A stretch of 63,973 bases of DNA, the filler included, from an uncultured Methanosarcinales archaeon (GTDB lineage: Archaea > Nanobdellota > Nanobdellia > Woesearchaeales > B54-G15), in NCBI GenBank assembly GCA_964519225.1. It is 5 parts of 5 records of this genome, joined end to end, with 100 filler letters (N's around TTAATTAATTAA, not from the genome) between each part and the next. Parts side by side here need not be neighbours in the genome. Positions count along the whole stretch, not along the records: positions 14,652 to 29,062 come from CAZFJK010000018.1; 4 more parts are not named here. One strand, written 5' to 3'. Below the pieces are notes generated by a model that was given only the letters and a program-made list of their open reading frames with translations, was not told the origin of the DNA and made no database searches. The translations under genes were made by a program, and so were the position numbers. Below, piece by piece: positions 18,739 through 27,946 of the stretch. Position 1 is the stretch's first letter, and each line of letters opens with the position of its first letter.

Positions 18739-21537
18739 TTATCTTACCTCTATGCCGCCTAAACGTTTGAACATGCTCAAGCCAAATCTGAGTTTTTCTT
18801 TGCTGTGCGCATAAAGTGTAAAGATTGGTTCGCCTTTTAAAACAGATTCGCCTTCATGCTTATAGAGAAACATGCCTGCATCTTTGTCTTTGGGTGCGCC
18901 TGCTGCTCTTGTTGTTTTTCTAACGGAGATGCAATCGATATTTGCTACATAGCCTGTCTTTGGCGCTCTGTAAGTATATTTAAATGGTCCTGGAACAAGA
19001 TCTTCTGGTTTTATGTTTGGGTCGCCTCCTTGAGCTTCTATGATTTCTTTCATTTTTTTATATGCCTCTCCTGACTTAAGAATATTGATTACTTTCCTAC
19101 GAGCTTTTTTTACACCGACCATTTCAAGAAGTAAAGTAGCCATTCTAACTACTTTTCGTTCCAAATCAAGAGGTCTTCGTGGATCACGCATTAAAGTCCA
19201 GAGTATTGTTTTTGCTTCTAAGACTGGACCGATTCCATTGCCGATTGGTTCCTTTCCATCGCTGAGCATTACTCTTATTTTCATACCTAGATTTTTTCCG
19301 ACAAGTTTAAACTTTTTTTCCAGACGAAGAGCTCTTGTTCTGGTCTTGATCTTTGTTTCTTTCCCTAGAGGAATATCTATTAAGATATGTGTTGCACCAA
19401 CGGCTGCCTTTTTGGCAAGTATTGAAGCGAGAAGCATTCCTTCAGGGTCAAGAGCTAAAGGATCGCGCAATCTGATCAATTTATCGTCAGCTGAAGCTAG
19501 TTCCATTGCTCCGCCCCAGACTATACATCCGTTTGTTTTTAGAACGACCTTTTTCATTTGTTCAAGTGTTAGAGCCACTGGCGCAAGGACTTCCATTGTG
19601 TCGGCTGTTCCTGCCGGGCTGGTTATACTTCTGCTGCTCGTTTTTGGTATGGTATAACCAGCAGCAGCAATGATTGGCACAACGAGCATTGATGTCCTGT
19701 TTCCAGGAACACCGCCAGTGCAATTATGAACACATATTGGTGCAGATCCTGCCATAAACTTGTTGAATCCATCAATTTTGAAATCATAAACATATTTTGA
19801 GTCTGATTTTATTTTTTTGATATTTTTTACTTCGAGTACAGACAAATGACCTGTAAGTAATTTCTTAACATCCTCGCTTTTGATATAATTCATTACGCTA
19901 AGCAATTTCTCTTTTGTCATAAATTTCTGTCTTTTCAGACATCTCCTGAATTCCCATCCAACATTTTTTGTTTCTATCTCTCCGCATTCCTTTATTGGTA
20001 TAAGATTAATAAAAGCGACATTTGATTTCTTTCTTCCGCCGAACAAATTCCTCGCTTGGGTATAAATCGTATAAGCAGTAGCTGTCATATATTTTCCACC
20101 CGGAAATCTACGTTGGGACCCATTTTCAATAGAAAGTGTTGACGACATACCCAACATGGATAATAAGTATTGTAGCTCAATAGCAAGTTTTTTTGATATA
20201 GTAACATAAGCCGTTTCATATCCACGCCTTATATGTCCGTCGCACTTGAAAAGCGTTCTAAGAAATTCTAATTTCATTTCATCACTAACATCAAAAAGAA
20301 AAGAAGGTATGCTCTTTTCTAAAGCTTTTTTTCCAACTTTAAGAGCGTGAAGAATAGAAGACAGATTTTGACTATATATAGTAACTCTAACAGCAGTTTT
20401 ATGTGGATAGTTAACTGTAGGTTTGATTTTGAATACTTTTTTAATACAGTATATCGCATCTTTAATCAAATCTTTCTCATGCGAACCGAAATTAAGAAAG
20501 ACTCCTTGATAATTCGTAAATCCTTCTGCAATATAGTATCCGAGAAAACGCATAAATTCTGGAGTTATTTTAATTACGTTTTTGAATTGTTTGCCTCTTT
20601 TTTTGGTCTTTACATTTAGTTCGATCTCTTTTATAGGTTTATTGTTTTTTAAACCCGAAGGGACAATAACAAAATCACCTTTTTTTAAAGAATACGCGGG
20701 TATATTTTTTATCTTACCTTTTTTTAGAACAAAAATGGTATGATCGGGAGTAACTTTAATAGTTCTGTTTCCCCTTAAAGTAATGAGGTATAAATATCTA
20801 GGAGCGCGTGCCCTAAATACGCCAGAAACAGGTTTGAATTCGACTTCTCCAGCTTCATTGTAAGTTAGCGCACAAAGGCCATTCAAGTTTTTTGATGTAA
20901 ATTCAGCTCCGTCTTTATAAACAATATCAGCAGGATCGCATTGTGCAAAAATACTATCTATTACTTCTCCTATTGATTTGACTTTAACACTACCGCTGTT
21001 TCTAATCATGACTGGAACATCCCCTGATAAACAATGCTTATCAAGAATAGGATATCTATCAAGTTTTAATTTTCCACCGTAATGGACTATTGCTTTTGTT
21101 AGGTTAACTGTTTCATCTAAAGTCATGCCTTTTGTATAACATGCACCAATAAAGTATGTGAGTTCAACTTGACTAAGTTTATCTTCAACTAATTCTTTTA
21201 TTATTTCAAATATTTCTTTTCGCTTGAGTGGGATTCCGTCTAATTTTTTCCTGATGGTAAAGACTCCAGAAGGCTTTGGCCTTAAATCGATATCAACAAT
21301 ATCGCCGTCTTTAACATTTAGCTTTTTTAGAACTTCTTCAAATAAGCCTACATGCCCTTTTGGAACTGCCTTTTCAGTTTGAGCAATATCAACTATTGCT
21401 GTTGTTTCACGCTTTTTGAATTTTATTTTTATACGGTCCTCTGAAAATAAATCAAGCCTTCGAGCATCTTCCTCATTAAGCACAGCTATTAGTGTGCCGC
21501 CGGTTGCTATATCCATATCTTTTACAACGAGCTTCAC
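18739..21537 (-). CDS. AMP phosphorylase (thymidine phosphorylase family) interrupted by an intein
   Basis: DKH|...|CTGGVPGN, PKTSSRSITSPAGTADTMEV and ASILAKK motifs; about 495 aa after removing the intein. Confidence 0.93.
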   Translation of the reverse strand: MKLVVKDMDIATGGTLIAVLNEEDARRLDLFSEDRIKIKFKKRETTAIVDIAQTEKAVPKGHVGLFEEVLKKLNVKDGDIVDIDLRPKPSGVFTIRKKLDGIPLKRKEIFEIIKELVEDKLSQVELTYFIGACYTKGMTLDETVNLTKAIVHYGGKLKLDRYPILDKHCLSGDVPVMIRNSGSVKVKSIGEVIDSIFAQCDPADIVYKDGAEFTSKNLNGLCALTYNEAGEVEFKPVSGVFRARAPRYLYLITLRGNRTIKVTPDHTIFVLKKGKIKNIPAYSLKKGDFVIVPSGLKNNKPIKEIELNVKTKKRGKQFKNVIKITPEFMRFLGYYIAEGFTNYQGVFLNFGSHEKDLIKDAIYCIKKVFKIKPTVNYPHKTAVRVTIYSQNLSSILHALKVGKKALEKSIPSFLFDVSDEMKLEFLRTLFKCDGHIRRGYETAYVTISKKLAIELQYLLSMLGMSSTLSIENGSQRRFPGGKYMTATAYTIYTQARNLFGGRKKSNVAFINLIPIKECGEIETKNVGWEFRRCLKRQKFMTKEKLLSVMNYIKSEDVKKLLTGHLSVLEVKNIKKIKSDSKYVYDFKIDGFNKFMAGSAPICVHNCTGGVPGNRTSMLVVPIIAAAGYTIPKTSSRSITSPAGTADTMEVLAPVALTLEQMKKVVLKTNGCIVWGGAMELASADDKLIRLRDPLALDPEGMLLASILAKKAAVGATHILIDIPLGKETKIKTRTRALRLEKKFKLVGKNLGMKIRVMLSDGKEPIGNGIGPVLEAKTILWTLMRDPRRPLDLERKVVRMATLLLEMVGVKKARRKVINILKSGEAYKKMKEIIEAQGGDPNIKPEDLVPGPFKYTYRAPKTGYVANIDCISVRKTTRAAGAPKDKDAGMFLYKHEGESVLKGEPIFTLYAHSKEKLRFGLSMFKRLGGIEVR
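19723..21033 (-). mobile_element. Intein with LAGLIDADG homing endonuclease (437 aa) in AMP phosphorylase
   Basis: Starts CLSGD; block B TPDH; LGYYIAEG and FLRTLFKCDG; ends YVYDF...VHN followed by +1 Cys. Confidence 0.93.
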
Positions 21538-21538
21538 T

Positions 21539-22561
21539 TTATTTACCTCTTTTTTCTTTTCGCGTTTCTCTGTACATTTTTATAAAGGTTATAATCAATG
21601 CAAGAATTAGTGGTCCTGCGATGATTCCTATCAAACCCATTAATCTTAATCCTCCGAATAAACCGATAACGACAAGCAAAGGATGTATCTTTGCCTTTTT
21701 TCCGACTAGCTTTGGTTTAAAGAACGTATCTATCGATGAAACTATTATGCCGCCAATCAAGATTATGATGGCAGAAAACATATTTCCGAATACTAGTTGG
21801 AGCAAGACAGCAGGTACCCAAATTATTGTAGGCCCAATTAGAGGGATAAATGCAAGTATTCCGATTACTGTTGCCCATAGAATTGGAGTTGAGATGTCTG
21901 CAATTTTAAAAGCAAGTGCAGAAATAATACCTTCTATTATCGCAACAAAAAGAAATCCCTTTATTATTGCTCTCGTGACTTCTTTTAGTTGATTAAATAT
22001 CTTTTCTTCCTGTCTACTTTCCAACGGCGTTAATCGTCGAATTTTTGCGATGATTTCTTTCCCATCCCTTAGGAAAAAGAAAGATGTAAAGAAAATTAAA
22101 ACGAGTTCGAGCAATTTTTGTGGTATGCTAAAAACAAGTTCGTATCCTGTTTTGGTTAAATAGTCTGTGATTTTTTTGAAAGTTTCAAAGATCACTGTTT
22201 TTGTTCCCGGTCTTTTTAACAATTCACAAAAAAATCCGTTTTTGCATTCTTCAAATTCACTATAAATAATCTGTTTAAATCTTAAGTACCCAACAGATGC
22301 CTCTTTAGCAAGCTGGTAGACCAGCATGGTTGCTGGCACAAGAATTATTATAATAATAAGCGCTGTAACTATTGCTGCTGCCAAATTTTTATGTTTGAGT
22401 TTTTTATAAAACCATTGGTATAATGGGTAGAATAAGTAAGATAAAACAGCACCTGCAATTAACGATGTGAGAAATGATTTAATGATCAAGAAGCCGATAA
22501 CTGCAAAGAGAATTAAAAGTACTGCAATAAAAAGTCTTACGCCTCTTTTATTATCTGACAT
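21539..22561 (-). CDS. AI-2E (UPF0118) family transporter
   Basis: Multi-TM protein with FFFLRDG, IPLIG and HPLLV..G..GG...G..GIIAGP motifs. Confidence 0.9.
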   Translation of the reverse strand: MSDNKRGVRLFIAVLLILFAVIGFLIIKSFLTSLIAGAVLSYLFYPLYQWFYKKLKHKNLAAAIVTALIIIIILVPATMLVYQLAKEASVGYLRFKQIIYSEFEECKNGFFCELLKRPGTKTVIFETFKKITDYLTKTGYELVFSIPQKLLELVLIFFTSFFFLRDGKEIIAKIRRLTPLESRQEEKIFNQLKEVTRAIIKGFLFVAIIEGIISALAFKIADISTPILWATVIGILAFIPLIGPTIIWVPAVLLQLVFGNMFSAIIILIGGIIVSSIDTFFKPKLVGKKAKIHPLLVVIGLFGGLRLMGLIGIIAGPLILALIITFIKMYRETRKEKRGK

Positions 22562-22601
22562 TAAGAATTGGAATTACAAGAAAGTATATAAAATTTTTTG
22601 A

Positions 22602-22674
22602 TGGGCCCGCCCGGAATCGAACCGGGGACCTTCTCCGCGTCAGGGAGACGTCATAGCCACTAGACTACGGGCCC
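22602..22674 (-). tRNA. tRNA-Val(GAC)
   Basis: Acceptor GGGCCCG/CGGGCCC-A; anticodon arm TCTCC-CT-GAC-GC-GGAGA. Confidence 0.95.
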
Positions 22675-22830
22675 ATTTGACATGCCTATCGCCCCACAGT
22701 CTATAGCGTTTTAATGTCTTTAAAAGGAGGAATTTATATATTTTTGGTTTATGAAGTTTGCTCCAAAAAGAAATAACCTTCTTTTAAGTATGGAAATATT
22801 TAAAATTTACATCTTTTTGGGTTGGGACGT

Positions 22831-24105
22831 ATGTTTAATTTTTTAAAGAAACTTTTTAGGGGAAAGCATTCAGATATAATCAAGGTTGTTATTGAATTAG
22901 ATCAAATCGATGATGAGTTGAATAAACATTACGAGAATATTGTAAGTAGGCTAGAGAAGAGGATTTCTAATCTAGAAAATCTTTTCTTAAACTACGTTAA
23001 TTCTTTGGCAAAGATGGCGGAGCAGCTCAGAAATGCTGAGATAAAATTAAAAATCGATGAAAAAACCAAAGCTGTTGTTATTTCTCAGAGAGATAACTAT
23101 TTGAAACATTTAAACTTGTTAATTGAGCTGTTGAAATCGATTAAGTTATCAAGTATCGATGAGTTCGCAAAAGGTATCTTTTTGGTTGAAGCTAAGCTTA
23201 ATGCTTTTTTTAAAAGCGCGGTAAAAAGTAGGGAATTAGCTAAACATTTGTTTTTTGATGAAATTGAAAGCGTTGACAAAGCATTAAATTTTATACGGAG
23301 ATTAATAGAAGACAGTAAAGCAGTCCTAGAAGAGAATAATATCTTGCTTTTTTATAAATTAAGAGAGAAACATGAAACATTCAAATCTGTTTCGACTAAG
23401 AGAAGAGAAGCTGCAGATTTGATTTTAGATGCAAAGAAAAAACTTGTTGAACTTGGACATGAAAAGGAATCACTTGAACATGAATTGGAAGCACTTAAAC
23501 ACGACCCAAAATTTAGTGAATTTGCTATCCTGCAAAAAGAAAATGACGAACTTGAATCTGCTATAGAAAGATTGAAATCGAGAACACTTGAATTGTTTTC
23601 TCCTATTCAAAGGCCGTTGAGGAAATTTTCAAGGATTGTTTCAGAAAAAGAGGATGTTAAGTTGATTGAGGCTTATCTAAGGGATCCTTTTGGTACTTTG
23701 ATTGTTGATGAGAAGTTGAGAATTTTGAAATTGTTAGCTGATTTAAAGCGTTGTGTTTCTATGGATCAAATCGATTTAAAAGATAAAAAGAAGGAAACTG
23801 TTTTCAGCCATGTAGAGAAGATTAATTTTTCTGTGCTGAATTCAATTCTTGAAGATTATAAATCAATTTGTGAAAAAAAGATGCTGGTTAAAAAGAAACT
23901 TTACAATAATCAGATAACATTGAGAAAGAAAGAAATTCAATATCGGCTTGAATACCTAGATGCAAAAATAAGGGAAGAAAAGGAAAGATTGCTGCGTACT
24001 GAAGAAAGGAAAAAGCGGCTTGACGATGAGTTCTTTTCTTTGAAAAAAGAATTTGAAAATGGCTTAGGAAAATTTCTTGGCAAAGAAGTAACGATAAGTT
24101 TTTAA
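22831..24105 (+). CDS. Coiled-coil hypothetical protein
   Basis: About 424 aa, heptad-rich, with an amphipathic MFNFLKKLF N-terminus. Confidence 0.75.
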   Translation: MFNFLKKLFRGKHSDIIKVVIELDQIDDELNKHYENIVSRLEKRISNLENLFLNYVNSLAKMAEQLRNAEIKLKIDEKTKAVVISQRDNYLKHLNLLIELLKSIKLSSIDEFAKGIFLVEAKLNAFFKSAVKSRELAKHLFFDEIESVDKALNFIRRLIEDSKAVLEENNILLFYKLREKHETFKSVSTKRREAADLILDAKKKLVELGHEKESLEHELEALKHDPKFSEFAILQKENDELESAIERLKSRTLELFSPIQRPLRKFSRIVSEKEDVKLIEAYLRDPFGTLIVDEKLRILKLLADLKRCVSMDQIDLKDKKKETVFSHVEKINFSVLNSILEDYKSICEKKMLVKKKLYNNQITLRKKEIQYRLEYLDAKIREEKERLLRTEERKKRLDDEFFSLKKEFENGLGKFLGKEVTISF

Positions 24106-24131
24106 AAAAGAAAATCAAAGATTTTTCCAAT

Positions 24132-24316
24132 AGCCCCGTGGTGTAGCGGTCAAGCATCCAGGCCTTTGGAGCCTGGGACGGCGGTTCGAATTAACCCTTT
24201 CCGCCTTCGGCGAAAGCGTTAATGGAAAGAGTGCACCTTCGGTGCAATAACCCTTTCCGCTACGTGCAATCGAGTTAACGGAAAAAGGAAAGGGAACGAA
24301 AATCCGCCCGGGGCTA
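24132..24316 (+). tRNA. tRNA-Gln(TTG) with a 112-nt intron (24191-24302) at position 59/60 in the T-loop
   Basis: 5' exon AGCCCCG...CAGGC-CT-TTG-GA-GCCTG...GGCGGTTCGAA; 3' exon TCCGCCCGGGGCTA. Bulge-helix-bulge formed by TTCG/CGAA with two AAT bulges. Confidence 0.9.
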
Positions 24317-24453
24317 TTCCTGTCTTTTAAATGATCAATTCTGTTTTCAGAATAGCCTTGGTATAATCGCAAGTGTATGAAATGAAAAGTGTGTTCGAAT
24401 ATAAAAAGATTTAAGTAAAATGTTTTAATTGTTCTATGCGAGAGGTGAAAAAT

Positions 24454-24744
24454 ATGTTATCAAAAATGCCCACAAATCTCGAGAAAATAAAAAAAGAGGA
24501 TTTGGACAAAGAGATACTGAGAATTGGAATAATAGCTGAATTGGATGCCATAAACCTTTATGAGCAAATGGCAGCCATGACTGAAAACGAAAACATTAGG
24601 AAAGTTCTTTTGGATATAGCAAAAGAGGAGAAAACACATGTAGGCGAGTTTCAAGCTTTACTATTAAAAGAGGATAAGGAACAAGAAAAAGAATTAGAAG
24701 AAGGTAAAAAAGAAATTGCTGAATTAACAGAGAATAGCGGATAA
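24454..24744 (+). CDS. Short ferritin-like / rubrerythrin-family protein
   Basis: AELDAINLYEQ and EEKTHVGEF di-iron motifs; GAGGTGA SD before ATG 24454. Confidence 0.88.
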   Translation: MLSKMPTNLEKIKKEDLDKEILRIGIIAELDAINLYEQMAAMTENENIRKVLLDIAKEEKTHVGEFQALLLKEDKEQEKELEEGKKEIAELTENSG

Positions 24745-24890
24745 ATGGCTAAAACTTCATACGAAAACTGGTTCAGTTTGATTTCAAATTCAAATTCGAT
24801 ATATTTATAAATAATAAATTTCCAAAACAAAAATACAAAAAGGCTTAAAGATTCTCACGCCGAGAGGCGTGATGATTGGTTGATTGTAAA

Positions 24891-25325
24891 ATGGTAGGCG
24901 TGTTCGATGTTTACCCGAATGATTTGATTGAAAAGGTTGCTGAAGAACTGAAGAAAGTTCCAGAGATAAAGCCGCCAGAATGGACAAAGTTTGTTAAAAC
25001 TGGCGTTCATAAAGAAAGGCCTCCGGCAGATCCTGATTGGTGGTATAAAAGGGTTGCTGCAATTCTAAGAACGATTTATGTCAGGGGCCCGATTGGAGTA
25101 AATAAGCTGAGGACAAAATACGGGGGCAGGAAGAGAAGGGGTCATAAAATGCCTCATCATAGGAAAGGTAGCGGTAGCGTGATAAGAAAGGCACTTCAAC
25201 AACTTGAAAAAGCTGGATTGGTAGAGCAACCAAAAGACAAGTTGAAGAAAGGACGAATAATTACAGCAAAGGGAAAAAGTTTTCTTGACAAGATTGCTAT
25301 AGGTCTTTTGAAGAAGCAAAAATAA
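24891..25325 (+). CDS. rps19e: 30S ribosomal protein S19e
   Basis: [22 protein letters not shown] and ALQQLEKAG motifs. Confidence 0.96.
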   Translation: MVGVFDVYPNDLIEKVAEELKKVPEIKPPEWTKFVKTGVHKERPPADPDWWYKRVAAILRTIYVRGPIGVNKLRTKYGGRKRRGHKMPHHRKGSGSVIRKALQQLEKAGLVEQPKDKLKKGRIITAKGKSFLDKIAIGLLKKQK

Positions 25326-25326
25326 A

Positions 25327-25500
25327 ATGGCAAGGCATAAACCGACTGCGAAAAAAAGAAGGCTTGTAAAGAAAATGAAGCAAACGAGATGGGCACCATT
25401 TTGGACAGTGCTAAAAGTATATGGTCCTGGAAGAAGAGTTCATCCAGGAAGACACACTAGAATAAAAAGAAGTTGGCGTAGAACGAGAACTAAAGCTTAA
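25327..25500 (+). CDS. rpl39e: 50S ribosomal protein L39e
   Basis: Not in the ORF track. Reads MARHKPTAKKRRLVKKMKQTRWAPFW...RSWRRTRTKA (57 aa), in the expected rps19e-rpl31e context. Confidence 0.9.
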   Translation: MARHKPTAKKRRLVKKMKQTRWAPFWTVLKVYGPGRRVHPGRHTRIKRSWRRTRTKA

Positions 25501-25501
25501 A

Positions 25502-25900
25502 ATGAGTTTTCCAATACCCTGGGATGAAAGATTCGTGGAGGAAAAAAGAAAAAAACTAGAGGAATTGCTATACTGCTTTAATCATACTGCTCAAAAAACT
25601 AGGATTTCAAGAAAAGCGTTCAGGGAATTATTAAGGAAAAACAATGTTCCGGAAGAGTTACAGCGATCGTTAGAGCGAGCTATATATGGACATTCTAAAT
25701 ATATCGGTCTTGATAGAGAAATCCCTATGGGAAGGGGCATTGAAGCGATTGATAAGTATTTTGAAACCAAATGTTGTTTAAGCTCTGCTGAAACAATAAC
25801 ATACTTCTGTTTAGGTTTGTTAGCTAGATTGGGAGCTGGTATTTGTAATATATTTAATGCTCTTTTACCGTCTAAATTGTACAAGGAGGAAAATGCCTGA
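25502..25900 (+). CDS. Hypothetical protein inserted between rpl39e and rpl31e
   Basis: 132-aa ORF abutting both neighbours. Confidence 0.6.
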   Translation: MSFPIPWDERFVEEKRKKLEELLYCFNHTAQKTRISRKAFRELLRKNNVPEELQRSLERAIYGHSKYIGLDREIPMGRGIEAIDKYFETKCCLSSAETITYFCLGLLARLGAGICNIFNALLPSKLYKEENA

Positions 25901-26390
25901 AGAAAAAACGCTTGAAAGGATATATGTAGTTCCGCTTAGAAAAGAGTGGTTAAAAGTAGCTCATTATAGAAGGGCGGAAAAAGCAGTAAGAGCTGTGAGA
26001 GATTTTGTAGCTAGGCATATGAAGGTTGCACTAAAAGACGTTAAGCTTGGGAAATATTTGAACGAAGCCATTTGGCAACATGGCGCAAAGAGACCTCCTC
26101 ACAAAATAAAAATCATTGTTAAAAAAGAAAAAGAAAAGGTTTTTGCGGAGCTTGAAGGTTATGAAAAATTGAAGGAAAAAGAAGAAAAGAAGTTGAAGAA
26201 AAAGAAAAAGGAAGGAAAGAAAGGGGTTGAAAAGGAGAAAGAAAAAGAAGAAATGAAAGTCAAACAAGAGGAAGGAAAGAAAGAACAAAAAGGAGAAAAA
26301 GCTGAAGAAGAGCAAAAAGAAGAAAAGACTGAGAAAGAAAAAGAGGAGGTAATTAAATCTAATTCTGATGAAAATAAAAGAACTGTTTGA
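25893..26390 (+). CDS. rpl31e: 50S ribosomal protein L31e with Lys/Glu-rich tail
   Basis: ERIYVVPLR, RRAEKAV, LNEAIW..G...PP; AGGAGG SD before ATG 25893. Confidence 0.93.
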   Translation: MPEEKTLERIYVVPLRKEWLKVAHYRRAEKAVRAVRDFVARHMKVALKDVKLGKYLNEAIWQHGAKRPPHKIKIIVKKEKEKVFAELEGYEKLKEKEEKKLKKKKKEGKKGVEKEKEKEEMKVKQEEGKKEQKGEKAEEEQKEEKTEKEKEEVIKSNSDENKRTV

Positions 26391-27324
26391 AGATTTTATA
26401 GTGTATGAAGTTCCGTCGATTACAAAGCTTAAAGTGAGAGGAAGGTTTACTTATTTTGTTTTGATGAAAAAGGACTATACAACGATTTCTGCTTTAAAGC
26501 TTGTGTCAAAGAAGGTTAAAATTCCTCTGAAATATTTTGGATTTGCTGGAAATAAAGATAGACATGCGATAACATTTCAGCTTTGTTCTGTAAGGTTTGC
26601 AGGAGTACAAAGACTTAAGAATATATCCTTAAATGATATAAAAATTATTCCTGTAGGAAAAGATGATAAACCAATTAAACTTGGCGATTTAAAAGGAAAC
26701 TATTTCAAGATTACTGTAAGAGACCTCGATAGAGAGATCAGAGTAGAAGAGAAGGATGTACCAAATTTTTTTGACGAGCAAAGATTTGGAAAAGAGGGGA
26801 TTAACATCTGCATAGGAAAATTGCTTGTCAAAAAACAATTTTGTGATGCTGCGTCGCTGATAAAAAATAAAGAGCTTGCAAAACACCTAGAGAAGTATCC
26901 CAAAGATTGCATTGGTGCATTGAGAAAAATTCCATATCAGCTCTTAAAGTTATATGTTCATGCTTATCAAAGCTGGTTATGGAATGAATGTGCAAGAAGG
27001 GTAATAGAAAAAGGCACAGAAATGGATATCATGGTGCCTATTATTGGTTTTGGCATTGAGCTAGAAAGATATCCTGATTTAATAAAGAAGGTTGTGAAAA
27101 AACGGATGAAAGAAGATAGCATAACTATGAGGGATTTTGTTTTTCACCAAATTCCTGAATTGAGCGCAAGCGGCAATGACAGAAAGTTGTTTGTTAGACC
27201 AAAGATAATTAGCTATAAATATGCGGCTGATGAGTTGCATAAAGGAAAGAAAAAACTGACGATTAAATTTTTTCTTCCAAAAGGAAGCTACGCAACAAAT
27301 GTTATTAAATTTCTCCTCGAATAA
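26368..27324 (+). CDS. truD: tRNA pseudouridine(13) synthase TruD, compact form
   Basis: EDFIVYE, FAGNKDRHAIT, GNYFKI, PNFFDEQRFG and FFLPKGSYAT motifs. Confidence 0.93.
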   Translation: MKIKELFEDFIVYEVPSITKLKVRGRFTYFVLMKKDYTTISALKLVSKKVKIPLKYFGFAGNKDRHAITFQLCSVRFAGVQRLKNISLNDIKIIPVGKDDKPIKLGDLKGNYFKITVRDLDREIRVEEKDVPNFFDEQRFGKEGINICIGKLLVKKQFCDAASLIKNKELAKHLEKYPKDCIGALRKIPYQLLKLYVHAYQSWLWNECARRVIEKGTEMDIMVPIIGFGIELERYPDLIKKVVKKRMKEDSITMRDFVFHQIPELSASGNDRKLFVRPKIISYKYAADELHKGKKKLTIKFFLPKGSYATNVIKFLLE

Positions 27325-27943
27325 TTTTTAGTATTTGTTTACTCGCCCTTTTAGATGCAGTAAATCCATTTTCTGTGCTTATGTTAATTACTCTATCGTC
27401 ATAGTATTCAAGTACTGGCTCTGTCTGTTTTTTATAAACTTCCAATCTTTCGCGAATTGCCTCTGGTTTATCGTCTTCACGCTGGATTAGAGCAGTACCA
27501 CACTGGTCGCATATCCCTGGCGTCTTAGGCGGCATAGAAATCAGATTGTAGATTGCACCACATTTTGGACAAATTCTTCTATTGCTTAATCTTCTTATGA
27601 TTTCATCTTCGGATAAAACAAAATTAAAAATATAATCTATTTTGAACGTCCTGTCAAGGGTTTTTGCTTGTTCGACATTTCGTGGATAACCATCGAGAAT
27701 AAATCCGTTTTTGCAGTCGGGCTTTTCTATTCTTCGTTTCAGCACTTCAAGCACAAGGTCGTCTGGAACAAGTTCGCCTCGATCCATGTATGCCTTTGCT
27801 TTAATGCCAAGGTCTGTTTTATTCTTGACTTCTTCTCTTAGCAAATCGCCGGTTGAGATGTGTGGAATTCCTAATTCTTTTTTAACTATAGAGGCTATAG
27901 TTCCTTTTCCGCTTCCTGGAGGACCAAAAAAGACTATTATCAT
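27305..27943 (-). CDS. adk: Adenylate kinase, bacterial long type with Zn-binding lid
   Basis: GPPGSGKGT, HISTGDLLR, GFILDGYPR, CPKCG...CDQCG and QREDD motifs. Confidence 0.95.
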   Translation of the reverse strand: MIIVFFGPPGSGKGTIASIVKKELGIPHISTGDLLREEVKNKTDLGIKAKAYMDRGELVPDDLVLEVLKRRIEKPDCKNGFILDGYPRNVEQAKTLDRTFKIDYIFNFVLSEDEIIRRLSNRRICPKCGAIYNLISMPPKTPGICDQCGTALIQREDDKPEAIRERLEVYKKQTEPVLEYYDDRVINISTENGFTASKRASKQILKIIRGEI

Positions 27944-27946
27944 TTT

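Noticed and set aside
24115..24372. 85-aa minus-strand ORF
   Set aside because: It is the antisense shadow of the intron-containing tRNA-Gln.
24454..24744. Encapsulin nanocompartment system
   Set aside because: The ferritin-like protein resembles encapsulin cargo, but there is no shell gene nearby and no obvious C-terminal targeting peptide.
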